Below, piece by piece: positions 11,021 through 24,398 of a DNA stretch of 64,000 nt. Numbering within the stretch: the stretch's first letter is position 1; each line of letters starts with the position of its first letter. The stretch is taken from positions 17,360,001 through 17,424,000 of the forward strand of contig NC_042999.1 in the NCBI RefSeq assembly GCF_006345805.1, in the 5' to 3' direction. The translations under genes were made by a program, and so were the position numbers. This stretch comes from Octopus sinensis. Its lineage: Eukaryota. The notes under the pieces are model-generated. The model was not told the origin of the DNA. It worked only from the letters and a program-made list of their open reading frames with translations, and did not search any database.

Positions 11021-11916
11021 ATATATAAACACAAATGTATGCATATCTTTGTATGTATACACGGTTCATTATAGCTTCATTATCACTTTGAATTAATTCG
11101 TTCACATAAACCTCAACGGAAGTTTTACTGCTAAGATGATACTGATTGTAATAATGAATCCTTGCCTTCTACACAAATATCAATAGTAACCAAAATTATC
11201 TTAGGGAAATCTCGAAAGAAAAACAAAAATCATTACTCGTTCTTTAGAATCCAGTAAAAGCCTTCTCCGAATAGTATTCCACGAATTAAGATTGTCTTCA
11301 TATTAAGTAACATTTATACCATTAAATAACATTTATCATTTATTTTCAGAATATCACTCACAATAGCTGATGGTGTTCGACTCATGATTCTGAATGGCAA
11401 TGCTGACGAAGCTTTCGCAGACATTGAAAATTGCCATTAGAATACTTATAAGTCTTCAGTTTTGTTAGCGTCCTTACAGTTGTTGATAGCACATAGATCA
11501 GAAAAGTTTTTCGTGTTGAATACAAAAGTGGTGTTCAAGTTGTGATACAAGTTAAAGAAATTCATTTAAAACCGCTAATATACATTACAGTATCTCCAAA
11601 TACTTTCAAGGTGTTGTATCACCAAAACACAACCATTAGATTATATTTACACGGCTCTGTGATAAGACGTTTGCTTCCCAAACACACACAGTTCATTCCG
11701 ACACAGTGACACCTTTTCATAAAGTTTTCTGTTATAGCCATGGGCCACCAAATCCTTCTGAGTAGATTTGGACGATCGACAACGAATGAATCCTGTCGTA
11801 TTTGAATATAAATATATACATATATAGGGAGAGTTTACGAAAAAAAGAAAAGACGAAGACAGGTGGTGTACAAAACAAACAGGTGTATTAGTATAACGCT
11901 CAGGAATAGAAAGAGT

Positions 11917-11952
11917 CTTTTACGTTTCGAGCCTACGTTCTTCTACAGAAAG
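11917..11952 (-). ncRNA. Degenerate minimal hammerhead-like motif in a short TA-flanked PLE-type element (~11825-12030)
   Basis: Minus strand CTTT-CTGTAGA-A-GAAC gtag GCTC-GAA-ACGT-A-AAAG; core A6 and one stem II pair are broken. Confidence 0.4.
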
Positions 11953-12054
11953 GGACACAGAAAAAAACAAGGAAAGAAAGAAATGTGTGTAGTGGTTAAC
12001 GATCGATCATGGCGACTCATGATATACATATGGTATACATATATATCCATATAC

Positions 12055-12235
12055 ATGTGTGTCTTTGTATCTCTGTGACCACTCCGCCATCACTGTTTGA
12101 CAACCGGTGTCGGTGCATTTTCTTCCCCGTAACATATCGGTCTGGCAAGAGACCTATTAAATAAGTAACAGTCCTAGAAATGAAGTTCTGGGACCGATAC
12201 ATTCGACTAAAACATCTTCAAGGCAGCGTCAAACA
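12055..12235 (+). mobile_element. SINE family A, 3' half (diverged)
   Basis: TTGACAACCGGTGTCGGTG...AAATAAGTAACAG...GACTAAAACATCTTCAAGGCAGCG. Confidence 0.55.
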
Positions 12236-12277
12236 TTATCTGCTGGTTAATGAGAGAAAAAACGGAAAGGCATCTAC

Positions 12278-12322
<45 letters not shown>

Positions 12323-12331
<9 letters not shown>

Positions 12332-12968
12332 TTAATAAGGGTGAGAGAATTAGATACTATATCTATTCAACACCAAGTGGCCCAGTGCTTCGAGAAACCT
12401 GGATTATTATAATATTTTATTATACATTATAATATTTTATACAAAAATAAATATCAGAGAATGGTCACTATGTGGCTCATTCTAGCACTAGAAAATCCAA
12501 AAGGTTTCAACCACAAAAATACATGTTTCCCGTGAAAGTCACTACGATTGTTAGCTCACACGAACAGGGCAAATAAAAAATAACAAAAATACAGATTATT
12601 TTGGGACAATTGTTTCGCTATTAATGAATTAAATGTAATTTTACTTACAAAAAACCCACTTGTAGCTCCTCGGCCAAAACTATCTGGATGAAATCCACTC
12701 AATCACACGCCAGATTTTACCATAACGATAAATACACGCGTGGTTCAATTGATTACATCCGACGTTATAATTCAAATGCCCCTACAAACAGCGCGCCAAA
12801 CTTTCATGGAAACAAATACCACATTTAGAAATAAATGTAGCATAATTATAATTAATTAATAAGGGTGAGAGAATTAGATACTATATCTATTCAACACCAA
12901 GTGGCCCAGTGCTTCGAGAAACCTGGATTATTATAATATTTTATTATATATTATAATATTTTATTATA
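12323..12968 (-). mobile_element. PLE-type pseudo-LTR in partial tandem (524-bp period) between (TA)n tracts
   Basis: The ~120-bp block TATAATTAATTAATAAGGGTGAGAGAATTAG...CTGGATTATTATAATATTTTATTATA occurs at 12323 and again at 12847, with a hammerhead between them. Confidence 0.65.
12599..12679 (-). ncRNA. Type I hammerhead motif with a long loop II and a U4C core change
   Basis: Minus strand TTTTGG-CCGAGGA-GCTA (42-nt loop) TAGC-GAA-ACAATTGT-C-CCAAAA: perfect 6-bp stem I, palindromic stem III, GUC triplet. Confidence 0.7.
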
Positions 12969-12997
12969 TATTATAATATTTTATACATATTTTTTAT

Positions 12998-13030
<33 letters not shown>

Positions 13031-13402
13031 CTAGCAGTTATCTACCTAGCAGTTGTATATATATATATTATATATATATATATATATTTATTTATATATA
13101 CTGAGACGTTATATATTATAGTAAAGGAAAAAGCAAAACCAAAGCAAAATGAGTACCTCAAGTCATTTAGAAAAATTTAATTGGGTTAAGGGGAATTTTA
13201 ATTTTTGCAACAATTTCTAGGATAACCCAAGTGATAGTTTAGCATGTCCACGCACAGAAGATTTGGATTTTGGTCGGTATTTCTATGAAGGTACAGATTC
13301 TTAGTTAAAATCCCAGGTAAATTCAAGCGGTACTTCAGCAGTATTTTGAATGATGTATTCATACTGAAGCGATAGATCGTATGTAAATGTGTATATAGAG
13401 CG

Positions 13403-13762
13403 AGAAAGTGAGATAGACATAAATGGGATTTGTGGGTGGGTGTATTTTGGAGAGAGAGTGGAGAAAGGGAGAAAGAGAGAAATAGGACGAAGAGAGAGAT
13501 ATAAAAATTAGGTCGGGGTAAAACGGTAAGGATAAAAATAATAATAAAAATAGAATGAAACTAAAGGTAATTAGGGAGATATGTCAACATGGCTTCGGGG
13601 TGAAAGGTCAAACGTTTCACTACTCACTTATCCTTCTGTTATAAACCTCCTTGTAAACTGATCCCCGATCTAATTTTTATATCTTTCTCCTCATCCTCTC
13701 TTTCTCCTCTCTCTCCAATATACACTCACCCACAAAACCCATTTATGCCTATCTTACTTTCC
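13403..13762. repeat. Imperfect inverted repeat with ~75-bp arms
   Basis: GAAAGTGAGATAGACATAAATGGGATTTGTGGGTGGGTGTATTTTGGAGAGAGAG (from 13403) is the reverse complement of CTCTCTCTCCAATATACACTCACCCACAAAACCCATTTATGCCTATCTTACTTTC (to ~13762). Confidence 0.65.
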
Positions 13763-13855
13763 AGACAAAGGACAAAAATATGATCATCGTGAAGAACAGC
13801 ATGACCAGCGCCATCTTAGTCGTCGTCATCTACTATTACTACCTCTACTACTACA

Positions 13856-13893
<38 letters not shown>

Positions 13894-14417
13894 CACTATT
13901 GCTGCTGCTGCTACTACTGCTTTCACTACCACCACCACTACTACTGCTATCTCTACCAGAAATAAGTAATCACTGATTCTCCTTTCTTTCACAATTTTTG
14001 TCTAACGACACCTCTAAAAACATCAGAGTCTCACTTAGTTAAATTAGAACAAAAAAACCATCACGCCACGCAAACCAACAATGTTTCCACTTCAATGAGA
14101 ATACTGCACAAATAAATCAACTTAGAAATTACTCTCAAGACACAGTTATTTCATAATCTACCCGAACGTAGAAAACGGATCCCCAAATCTGCTACTTGTC
14201 CCTACGTGATACTTCCGCAAGGGCAAGCCCCGCGAAACAGAGTACCGGTTCCAGCGCATATTCTTCGCAATCCGCAGGAGCAAGGCCTTTTTTTCCTTTT
14301 GTGTGCTGAGACCATGAGGTGGTGAGAATTACAGGAAATCGTACGTTCCACTCCTTAATGTAAAGTTATTCTATTCATGGCAATCCTTTAAAAGTTGTTA
14401 AAAATGTTAAGCTCTTT

Positions 14418-14835
14418 TTTCTCTTTTACTCTCTTTTACTTGTTTCAGTCATTTTACTGCGGCCATGCTGAAGCACCGCCTTCTAGTCGAGTAAATCGAC
14501 CCCAAGATTTATTCTTTGTAAGCCTAGTACTTATTCTATCAGTCTCCTTTGATGAACCGCTAAGTTACGGGGACGTAAACAAACCAGCATCGGTTGTCAA
14601 GCAATGGTGGGGGGGGGGCAAACACAGACACACAAACATATACACACATACATATACACATGTACATATATATACATATATACGACGGGCTTTTTCCAGT
14701 TTCGGTCTACCAAATCGACTCACAAGGCTTTGGTCGGCCCGAGCCTATACTAGAAGACACTTGTCCAAGGTTCCACGCAGTAGGACTGAACCTGGGACCA
14801 TGTGGTTGGTAGGCAAGCTACTTCCCACACAGCCA
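14418..14835 (-). mobile_element. SINE family A, full length
   Basis: Full reverse-complement match. ORF 14395..15045 merely runs through it. Confidence 0.85.
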
Positions 14836-16229
14836 CTTGCTTATTTTCTCACAAATCAGAAGAACCAAATGAATCTTGTGAGAATGAAAGCTGCCTTACG
14901 TTGCAATTTAATCTCAACAGCACAGACTATAGGCTACATCAATTCTTCAAGAAAAGAACTCAATTTTGGCAATACTAAATCTGTAAATATTAAGAGAAGT
15001 ATTCTCGCTATAATCTGCTATCAATCTTTACTCTTCCTCCAGTGAACAAATTTCAGTTTAGTGCTCCTTTAAACAACAAGGAGTGCAATTTCAGGGATTT
15101 AAAACAATACAAGAGATCTTAGTATCCATTGTCATGCTAAAGATTCTATCCAATAATGGAAGATTCCATAACTGGAGTGTTGGATTGCCGAACCGTCACA
15201 ACAAATCACTTTATTCATTGTGAACCCGACCCAACCGAAATTAGACCCTTACCCGAAAGTTGAAATCAACAAGGAACTGCATTATCATCACGGTTAGTCA
15301 CAGCACTAGAATATCTGAGATTAGGTTAGTACACATTAGAAAAATATAAACATACGGAATTTAATTTCGAACGTCTACGTCGACTGATCAGAGGCTATGA
15401 CATTAAAATATATATAATTGAGATATAATTAATTTAACAATAATCTTTCGACTTGAACTCCTGACTAATAAAAACAAAGAATTCTCCTGCTCATGAAGAG
15501 AGAGAGGGAGAAAGAAAGGAAGGAAAAGTCTGATTGAACTTTTTTGTCATTGTGTTGTTATTAGTACTTTGCAATGCCATAATAAATGATTTAATAATTA
15601 GTGCGGCTTCTATGTGTTGTTATTGGTTCATTAGTAGCAGAGCGATATAACATCGGGGATATATCTGTTGGCCGAGAAAAATTGTTGAAAATTGACCAGC
15701 GTGCACACTTATATGAAATTCAATACTTTAAATAATATATATGTGCGTATGTATGTATATTGTATTCATAATTATACTTGTTTGAGGGCGTATCTGTGTG
15801 TGTGTATATATATGTATGTGTGTATGTGGGTGTCTGTGTAGTGACTTAAAATATGATTCTGCTCAACCATTGATTTTTTTTTAGTTATTTTTCTAATTAG
15901 ACACATTTTCTCGACAGGCTCGTAAATGAATTTCTTTTCAGAAACTTATAACTCTAATTTGATAAAACGCAATAATGAACGCAATGAAACAATGGCATGG
16001 ACGAATTTGCACGGCAGAATTTTCGGTCTCAGCAATCAAACAGTAAATAACGTAACTGAGATGAAGATTAAAAGAAGGGCACTGCAGAGTAAGGAAGAGA
16101 TCTGGAAGACTGCATAAAGTTGTTGGCAGAGCAAAGAGGGTTGTCATATGGGAAGTTGTTAAACATTAATGCTAAACAGTTTGATAGGCTAGACATTATA
16201 TGGATATGGAGCTTTATAGTATAAGAACA

Positions 16230-16460
16230 GGCGGCGAGCTGGCAGAAACGTTAGCACGCCGGGCAAAATGCTTAGCCGTATTTCGTCTGCGTTACGTTGT
16301 GAGTTCAAATTCCGCCGAGGTCGACTTTGCCTTTCATCCTTTCGGGGTCGATAAATTAAGTACCAGTTACACACTGGGGTCGATGTAATCGACTTAATAC
16401 CTATGTCTATCCTTGTTTGTCCCGTCTGTGTTTAGCCCCTTGTGGGTAATAAAGAAATAA
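16230..16460 (+). mobile_element. SINE family B, full length, with TSD ATAAGAACAG
   Basis: Head GGCGGCGAGCTGGCAGAAACGTTAG...GAGTTCAAATTCCGCC (A/B boxes); tail TTGTGGGTAATAAAGAAATA; ATAAGAACAG at 16221-16230 and 16463-16472. Confidence 0.9.
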
Positions 16461-17063
16461 GCATAAGAACAGTTTTAAAAGATCTTGGATATGAACAAAG
16501 AAACCAATAAATTGAAATTAAGTTAAAACCAGAATTTGGACTGAATTTGAAAATTCTACAAGGAAAATAAGTTTTGTTTTACAATAATATATTCTAACTA
16601 TAGAGCTGGCAGAATCGTTAGCACGCCGGATGAAATTCATACGTTTATCACTTCATCGGTTTATTTTACTTCCAGCCTTGTAATCTTACTGAAAGTTACT
16701 GTCAAGTTGTACCTGTTCGTATTCTATCGAATTAAGACCCAGGTTTGGCGCAACGCCTTTCAGAAATTGGATTTTAATGCTTTAACACATTGCATGGATA
16801 ATATGTTTCTGTGTATTATTAAAAAGGCGTCATCTAATCGATTTTTATCCTGGAATGGATGGGAGAAGGCAATTCCCGTGTATTTGAAGGCATTTTGTGG
16901 CATTTAAATAATTTTCAAAATGATTATCCGAATGCCATTTCCACCTTGTTTATTCTTTCCTTGCAAGCTTTCCCGCTCACAACTTCAAATTTAGCTGCGT
17001 CGCAAATATATTCGCCTTACAATGAAAAGGTAAATATAAACATTTTCGTTAGAATATATTATT

Positions 17064-17293
17064 TATTTCTTTACTACCCACAAGGGTTAAACACAGAGGG
17101 GACAAAGAAGGAGAGACAAACGGATTAAGTCGATTATGTCGACATCAGTGCGTAATTGGTACTTAATTTATCGACCACGAAAGGATGAAAGACAAAGTCG
17201 ACCTCGGCGGAATTTGAACTCACAACATAATGGCAGACGAAATACGGCTACGCATTTTATCCGGCGTGCTAACGATTCTGCCAGCTCGCCGCC
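17064..17293 (-). mobile_element. SINE family B with a 16-bp TSD
   Basis: GTTAGAATATATTATT at 17048-17063 and 17297-17312. Confidence 0.9.
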
Positions 17294-18359
17294 CTAGTTA
17301 GAATATATTATTGTTCTAGTTACGTTTTATTGACTTCTTCACTGGGACATTCAACCAGCACTCCTTTTTCATTATGAGTGACTATGGCTGCTACCATATG
17401 CATTTATGTATGTATTCATGTATGCATGCATGGATGTATGTGTGCCTTTATGTATGTATACATTTATGTATGTATGTACATCATTATTCAGTTCTATTTC
17501 AAGATTACTTGCCACTAGAGAAGGAGCCGTTTTCTAACCTAGATCCAGGGCGCCTTCATTCGAATTTCAACATCAAGAACAGCGCACTTTTGATTGCATG
17601 TATGTATGTATTTATGTATATGCGCAGATTTGGATGTTTTGTTTTGTGTATGTGTTCTCCCCCATAGAGTTGCATATCTAGATATCCTCGTATATATTTA
17701 AATGGTAAACTTGTGGAAAGTTTTACAAGCTTTTGCAGTTTCAGTGATGGATTGGTTCTTTTGTCTACGAATTAGCTTTCTCTTTCTCGCCTATGAGAAG
17801 CCTAATTTCTCAAGATTGGTATTTAATCTATGGGCCTGTTTTCCCGAACTAATAAGTGAAGGTGGCATAAATACAGCAACACCGGTCGTCAAGCTGCATT
17901 ATGGACAAACCGATACACACACACAAGTACATACACAGATACACAGACACTCACATATAGTAAGGTCTCCTTGAAGTTTTTTTCAATCGATCCACTGTCA
18001 AGGATTCAGACGACCCGGAGCTATAGTAGAAGACACTCGTCCAAGTTGTCACGCAATGGAACAAAATCCAGAACCACACAGCGACTGTTGAACCTATGTT
18101 TTTTATAAAATTCACATCAGTTTTTAAAATTCGAAATTGTTAAGTGTAATTTACTATGTGGCAATAAGAACACATAAATATCATTTACTCGTTTATTTAT
18201 GCAACCAAAAAAAAAACAACATATTAGATATCTAGCGCCAAGTAACAGACAACCACATCAGTTATTGCCGCAGAAAAGAACTTAACATATTTCTAATAAT
18301 AACACCGGATGTAAACAAAACCATGATTGAATAATTGCTGTTAATAAATGTTAAGTTAA

Positions 18360-18745
18360 AACGCAAACACACAGACACGCACACACACAGACACACACAT
18401 GCAGGCAGGCACACATACTTGCAGGCACACACATACGCAGGCACACACAGACAAACATAAAATACATACACACACAGACACGCAACACACATATATATAT
18501 ATATACAAAACACACGCACAAACGTAGGGAACCACACACTCACACACACATGCAGGCACACACACACGAACACACGAACACACACGTAGGCACGCACACA
18601 GACACACATACAAATACATACATAGACACACACACACCACACATATATATATATATATATATATACAAAACACACGCAGAAACGCAGGTAAACACACACA
18701 CAAACACACATGCAGGCACACACACACATACACACACAGACGTAG

Positions 18746-18782
<37 letters not shown>

Positions 18783-18810
18783 TACACATAGAACACACAA
18801 ACACACATAT
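18360..18810. repeat. Complex (CA)n-rich microsatellite with an internal ~140-bp duplication
   Basis: Directly visible; source of the CVCV ORFs. Confidence 0.85.
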
Positions 18811-19136
18811 AATGGATGCTATTCAGCAATTTTCAAATAAAACAAGAGTTAAAATCTAATGTTTTGAAAATAGATAGAAACTAGCTAAATATTTCCTGTA
18901 AAATCGCAATTAGAATTGATTTTTTTCTGAAAATTACTTTCGCAAATAATCGCATTCTAAATGGTTCCAGTTTTGAATATAGTATTCAAATCATTTCTTG
19001 TAATTCCAAATATAAGTTGATAACATACTTAAAGCAATGTCTTTTTACGAAGGAAATGAGTTTAATTCATAATACTCTCATGGACACTTACGAAGTCGTA
19101 TCTACCTTTATTGGCTTCATGCAATATGTATGTATG

Positions 19137-19192
<56 letters not shown>

Positions 19193-19320
19193 CACACATA
19201 TACAAACACATATATATAGTATATCTTCAACGTTGAGCAGTGATGAGAAATAGACGAACATTAGGTAAGTTAAATATCAGCGTATTCCTTCTGAGATATG
19301 CATACATACCTACGTACATC

Positions 19321-19353
<33 letters not shown>

Positions 19354-19656
19354 ATATATGTATGTATGTATGCATGTATGTATGTATGCATGTATGTATA
19401 TATATAAGGTTGGCTAAAAGTCACCTGAGAGTAAATCAAAACCATTTAATTCCAAGATTTATTTATGTCTAACAACTGAATGAATTTAATAAAAGCATTA
19501 GAATATGAAACATCATGAACTGTCCAAACTGAAGTCCTTGAGCGTCACCATCTTTGAAATTGAGTCAATACAGAATTAGAATTACAAAGAGTATTTACGG
19601 AATTTTGATTTACTGTGAATTCGGGTGACTTCTGGCCAACTGTCACTCTCGCTCTC

Positions 19657-19688
<32 letters not shown>

Positions 19689-19901
19689 CCAATTAAGGAC
19701 TGAACACGAAAAAGTGGACAGTCAACATGCTAGATATAGACGTCAAATCGCCATTCTCCACAAAAGATTATGTTCTCAGATCACACTCATGCAATAATGT
19801 TCGTTTTGATCTGAGAACATAATCTTTTATGGAGAATGGCGATTTGACGTCTATATCTAGCATGTTGACTGTCCACTTTTTCGTGTTCAGTCCTTAATTG
19901 G
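19689..19901. repeat. TA-flanked near-perfect palindrome (95-bp arms, 23-nt spacer), MITE-like or PLE-derived foldback
   Basis: CCAATTAAGGACTGAACACG...CTCAGATCA (19689-19783) versus TGATCTGAG...CCTTAATTGG (19807-19901), with one mismatch seen. Confidence 0.85.
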
Positions 19902-19989
19902 TATATATAAATATTTAATCTTCGGATTTTTTTAATATGTTAGACCACTGGTTTTAATTGATAAATATTGATTTCTACCCTTAATTAAT

Positions 19990-20093
<104 letters not shown>

Positions 20094-20105
20094 ATAGATA
20101 TATAT

Positions 20106-20141
<36 letters not shown>

Positions 20142-20186
20142 CATACATATATATATACATATATATATATATATTATATATATATA

Positions 20187-20235
<49 letters not shown>

Positions 20236-20368
20236 TATACATATAAGACGATTATGTATATATATATATAGGTACTCCAAACATGAACAAAAGGAAAACA
20301 CAACAACGCGAGGACGTGGAACAAATATAGTGTTATTGGACGCTCAGGAAAGGAAAGAATGAAGAAGG

Positions 20369-20402
20369 ATTTAACGTTTCGAGCAGAGCTCTTCGTCAGA
20401 AC
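20369..20402 (-). ncRNA. Minimal hammerhead-like motif in a short TA-flanked PLE-type element (~20270-20475)
   Basis: Minus strand TT-CTGACGA-A-GAGC tct GCTC-GAA-ACGT-T-AA: intact core, extra A before stem II, very short stem I. Confidence 0.5.
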
Positions 20403-22001
20403 ATAGAAAAATGAAAGATCTAAGGAGGAGAAAATGGAGAAAGAAAATCGCCAACGATACACACGCGGTCATATATTGTATACGTATATGTATATATGTT
20501 TGTGTATGTGTGTGTGTATGTGCATATACATAATTATATATGTGTATGCGAAAATGGATGTAACAAAATTGTGATACGTCACCGATATGTATATCACATC
20601 TTTTAAGTCAAGACCCCTGAATCTCAAAATTTTTCACTGTTTAGAGTGACGCTTAATTTGAATCGATAGAACTTAAGAACAAATTCCGTGACTTGTAAGA
20701 CAGTTTATTTTGCAGCCGAGTTATTTCATGTTTAAAGCGAATAGGCGAAAATTTAGACAATTGTCCGATTTAGCAAAATGAATACATTTGGTAGACTCAA
20801 ATGTGTGTAGGTGTGTGTCGGTGTGTGTGTGTCTGTGTTTGTGTCGGTGTTTTTTTATTTCTCCACTGCTTCACTTCGGGGTTTGAATTGTTTACATTAC
20901 CGTAGTTTAGTCATTCGTCAAAATTTATACAATATAATTAATACCAGATTTAATGAAATATAGCTAATTTTGTTCGACTAAATTCTTCAAGATAGTGCCC
21001 CAAAAGGGACGCATTTCAATTATTTAAGTTAAAATGCGAAATTAGAAAAATTTTATCTTACCAAATGGAATCTTTATCACCTATTACAACGCGTCTATGA
21101 CTATGCACCTACTAAACGTTTGATTCATATAACATCACAGGGCCTTAATAATTCCAGCCTATCACCTGGGATTAGTAAGAAGATGATGGTTCTGTTATGC
21201 TTGATTATTATCTGGGATGAATATCATTGCTTGAATATTTTTGATAATCAAAAACACGCAATGGGGACTGAAAAGTAACTAACATCCACCTGCGTAAAGA
21301 ACCGCAGCAGCAACAATAACAGCAACAGCAACGATGAAAGCAACTGAAAAATAGCAGCCGATAAATTGAAGATCGTCAGGTATGGCATTATTATTATTAT
21401 TGAGTGAGAGAGCAGTGAACGTCATCAAAGTGACACTGGGGTAAAATATGCGAAGCCCAGTATACCCATCATGCCTACCCGTCTGATAAGGGCACACCAA
21501 GCACATGCATCACAACCGTATGTGCACGACATTGTGATCTCATATCAAGACTCAAAACCATGAGAAACACACACATACACACAGGCACAAACGGACTCAC
21601 TCACACACACATAGCTATATATACGACAGACTTCCTTATAGTTTCTATCTATCAAATTCACTCACAAAGCTTTGGTTGGCTGGCCTGGTGCTATGATATA
21701 TGACGCTTAACAAATATGCTGAAATGTGAGACTGAACCCTAAAGCTTGTGATTGAAAAGTGACCAACTTAACCACAGAGTCAAGTCTGCACCTTATTTAG
21801 ATAAGTCACACTTGTTTGGGTATGTCGAGATGTAACCCGAAATTTATATCCGGCGTACATTTATCCTTTCTACACCGTTCTGATTCTTCTAACAAATAAC
21901 CTATCCCTCTGATTGCAAACATCTATCATTCCTAAATCTACAATATCAGTACAATGTTTCCACTGCTATGCTACAATTTCCATTACAGAGATCACTATAT
22001 A

Positions 22002-22222
22002 TATTTCTTTATTGCCCACTAGGGGCTAAACATAGAGGGGAGAGACAAAGGGATTAAGTCGATTACATCGACCCCAGTGCGTAACTGGTACTTAATTTAT
22101 AGACCGCGAAAGGATGAAAAGCAAAGTTGACCTCGGCGGAATTTGAACTCAGAACGTAACGGCAGGCGAAAAAGCGCTAAACATTTCACCCGGCGTGCTA
22201 ACGTTTCTGCCAGCTCGCTGCC
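22002..22222 (-). mobile_element. SINE family B with a TSD
   Basis: TTACAGAGATCA(C/T)TATA on both sides (from 21983 and from 22223). Confidence 0.88.
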
Positions 22223-23671
22223 TTACAGAGATCATTATAACCCACATTACTGAACGTGCCACGTACCTGACATGGTATAGCTGCTACAGATTTGCATTAT
22301 TTAGATTGTGTGAAGATAAGCACTTCACCTGATTGGCAACTGCTCTTCAGTACAGACTACTCACAGTATCACAAACGTACTTTAAACCTTCGATAACATT
22401 CTATGTTCTTTTGAATACGTATACTGCATGCCTTACCTAAAGCAGTTTGTTTCTGATACTGAGCTAAATATATTCCCACTTTCCCCTTCATCATGATGCC
22501 ACTGTTGTGAACTTCCGCTCTAATTTTGTACAAAAATGTCAACTAAAATAAATATAAAATGCATAGATACTGTCTATCTTAAAGTCAAGAGAATGTTATG
22601 AGTACTACTCCACTTCCAAGTTGAGCATCGAATATATATTGTATAATTGCTAGCTTTTTTTATCATGGTGTGTTTTTCGTCTGCTGGTATGAGCAAACGA
22701 AAAAATACAATCGAATTTAACAACTGTTGCTCCACATGTAAGCAACCTATAACAGAGGCTATGGAAAAAACAGTGAGCAGAATGAAGTTCAGAGAAAAAT
22801 AATCTAGTCTAGTTAATCTAAATCTCAGTTCTTTAGTCGAAGGTATAGCAGATTAGAAACGCATTATAGCCTTAGAGTAAATATTTTACCTACTCCTGTG
22901 AAATGTAGAAATATTGAAGCAGTTTCGCTGCAAATCTTAATTCCAGAACCCATCAAACTATGCTACCAAAACAGATAATCAGGAAGTGATCTAATAATCT
23001 AAATGTAATACGGCATTTTAAAGTGCATGGAATAATTTCTGTCAATTCTGCTGACAAGCTATAACACAAGAAGCACTACCAATGTCACAAGTAATGTTGT
23101 TTTATCAATTATTGTATATTTCTTGTTTGTTTCTCTGAATAATAGTGATAACAGTAAAGCTATTTATGATAGAGAAAGCTAGGAAAAAAAGGATATTGGT
23201 TTCTTTTGATGAAGTACAAAGGTCCTAGATTTTATAGCAAGGTTATGAGATATACGTTTGCCAAGAGCACTAATGGAATACTGAAGTAAAATTGATTCAA
23301 TGGATGCACATTGAAAAAAATAAAAAGAAACCTAAAACAATTTATTTTGGTTTACAGATATCTGCATTACTATTTTTCAATAAAACACCACCAAAACCGT
23401 GCTGTATTTACATTCCTAGTGGCAACGTGGCTACAGTGATAAAAAGCTGACAAGATGAAGTATTTGTTAAAAGAATATATATGATTAGGCATGGGGCCAA
23501 TATGTTTGTTTCACAACCCTACGTTTCAGGGTTCCGCCCTACTTGTGAAATAATTTAGGGACATGACTTCTAGCACAATCTTGATCCGACTATTTATTTC
23601 TGAATGGAATTTGGCGCACAAAGACTGTGTCACAGTCTGTTATGTACATACATACATACATATCCCAATCA

Positions 23672-23756
<85 letters not shown>

Positions 23757-24020
23757 ATATATATATATATATATATCTGTCTGTCTCTCTCCTTCTCACT
23801 CTCTCTCTCTCTCTCTCTAATATATATATATATATAACTTTTGAAAAAAGAGTTCCTACCGATAATGGTTATATTTACATACAGAAATCTACCCGAAAAT
23901 AATTGTTGTTTTTTTAAAATTAATAATTGCTTTCCCTTATATTATTAACAATGGAATTTTTCACTCCCTTATGACAATCCATAGCTCTATTTCTAAGGAA
24001 CTATTTTTAAAATTCCATTA

Positions 24021-24079
<59 letters not shown>

Positions 24080-24398
24080 TATTATTATTATTTCGCGTCG
24101 GTCCCATTCCTCTCTAAGTAGCAGAAACTTAGTATCGGCCGATTGCTGGTGCAGTTGACCTTCCCAGAGCTGCCACACCCTGGATATGCCACTGGTTCAA
24201 CGTATGCGAGGACCAAGATGATGAGGGTATTTTTGTCTTTTCGTGACTTCACGGGGACCTGACACAATTAACGAAAGCATGGTATCAGTTACCAAGCCAT
24301 ACTCACTTGCATTTGACGGTTGCCTCACAAAGGCAAAAACAATAGCTGATACAATATCGCTCGACTACTTAGAAAGAGAAGACATAACAAACAGAAGG

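Noticed and set aside
11350-11440. Possible exon after TTTTCAG reading ISLTIADGVRLMILNGNADEAFADIENCH*
   Set aside because: It has no recognisable homology and no partner exons. Similar splice-like signals at ~23357, ~41991 and ~42231 (minus) hit stops in the frames I checked. A host gene or lncRNA cannot be excluded without RNA data.
14395-15045. 216-aa ORF
   Set aside because: Two-thirds of it is an antisense SINE A with a microsatellite, and it has no recognisable domain.
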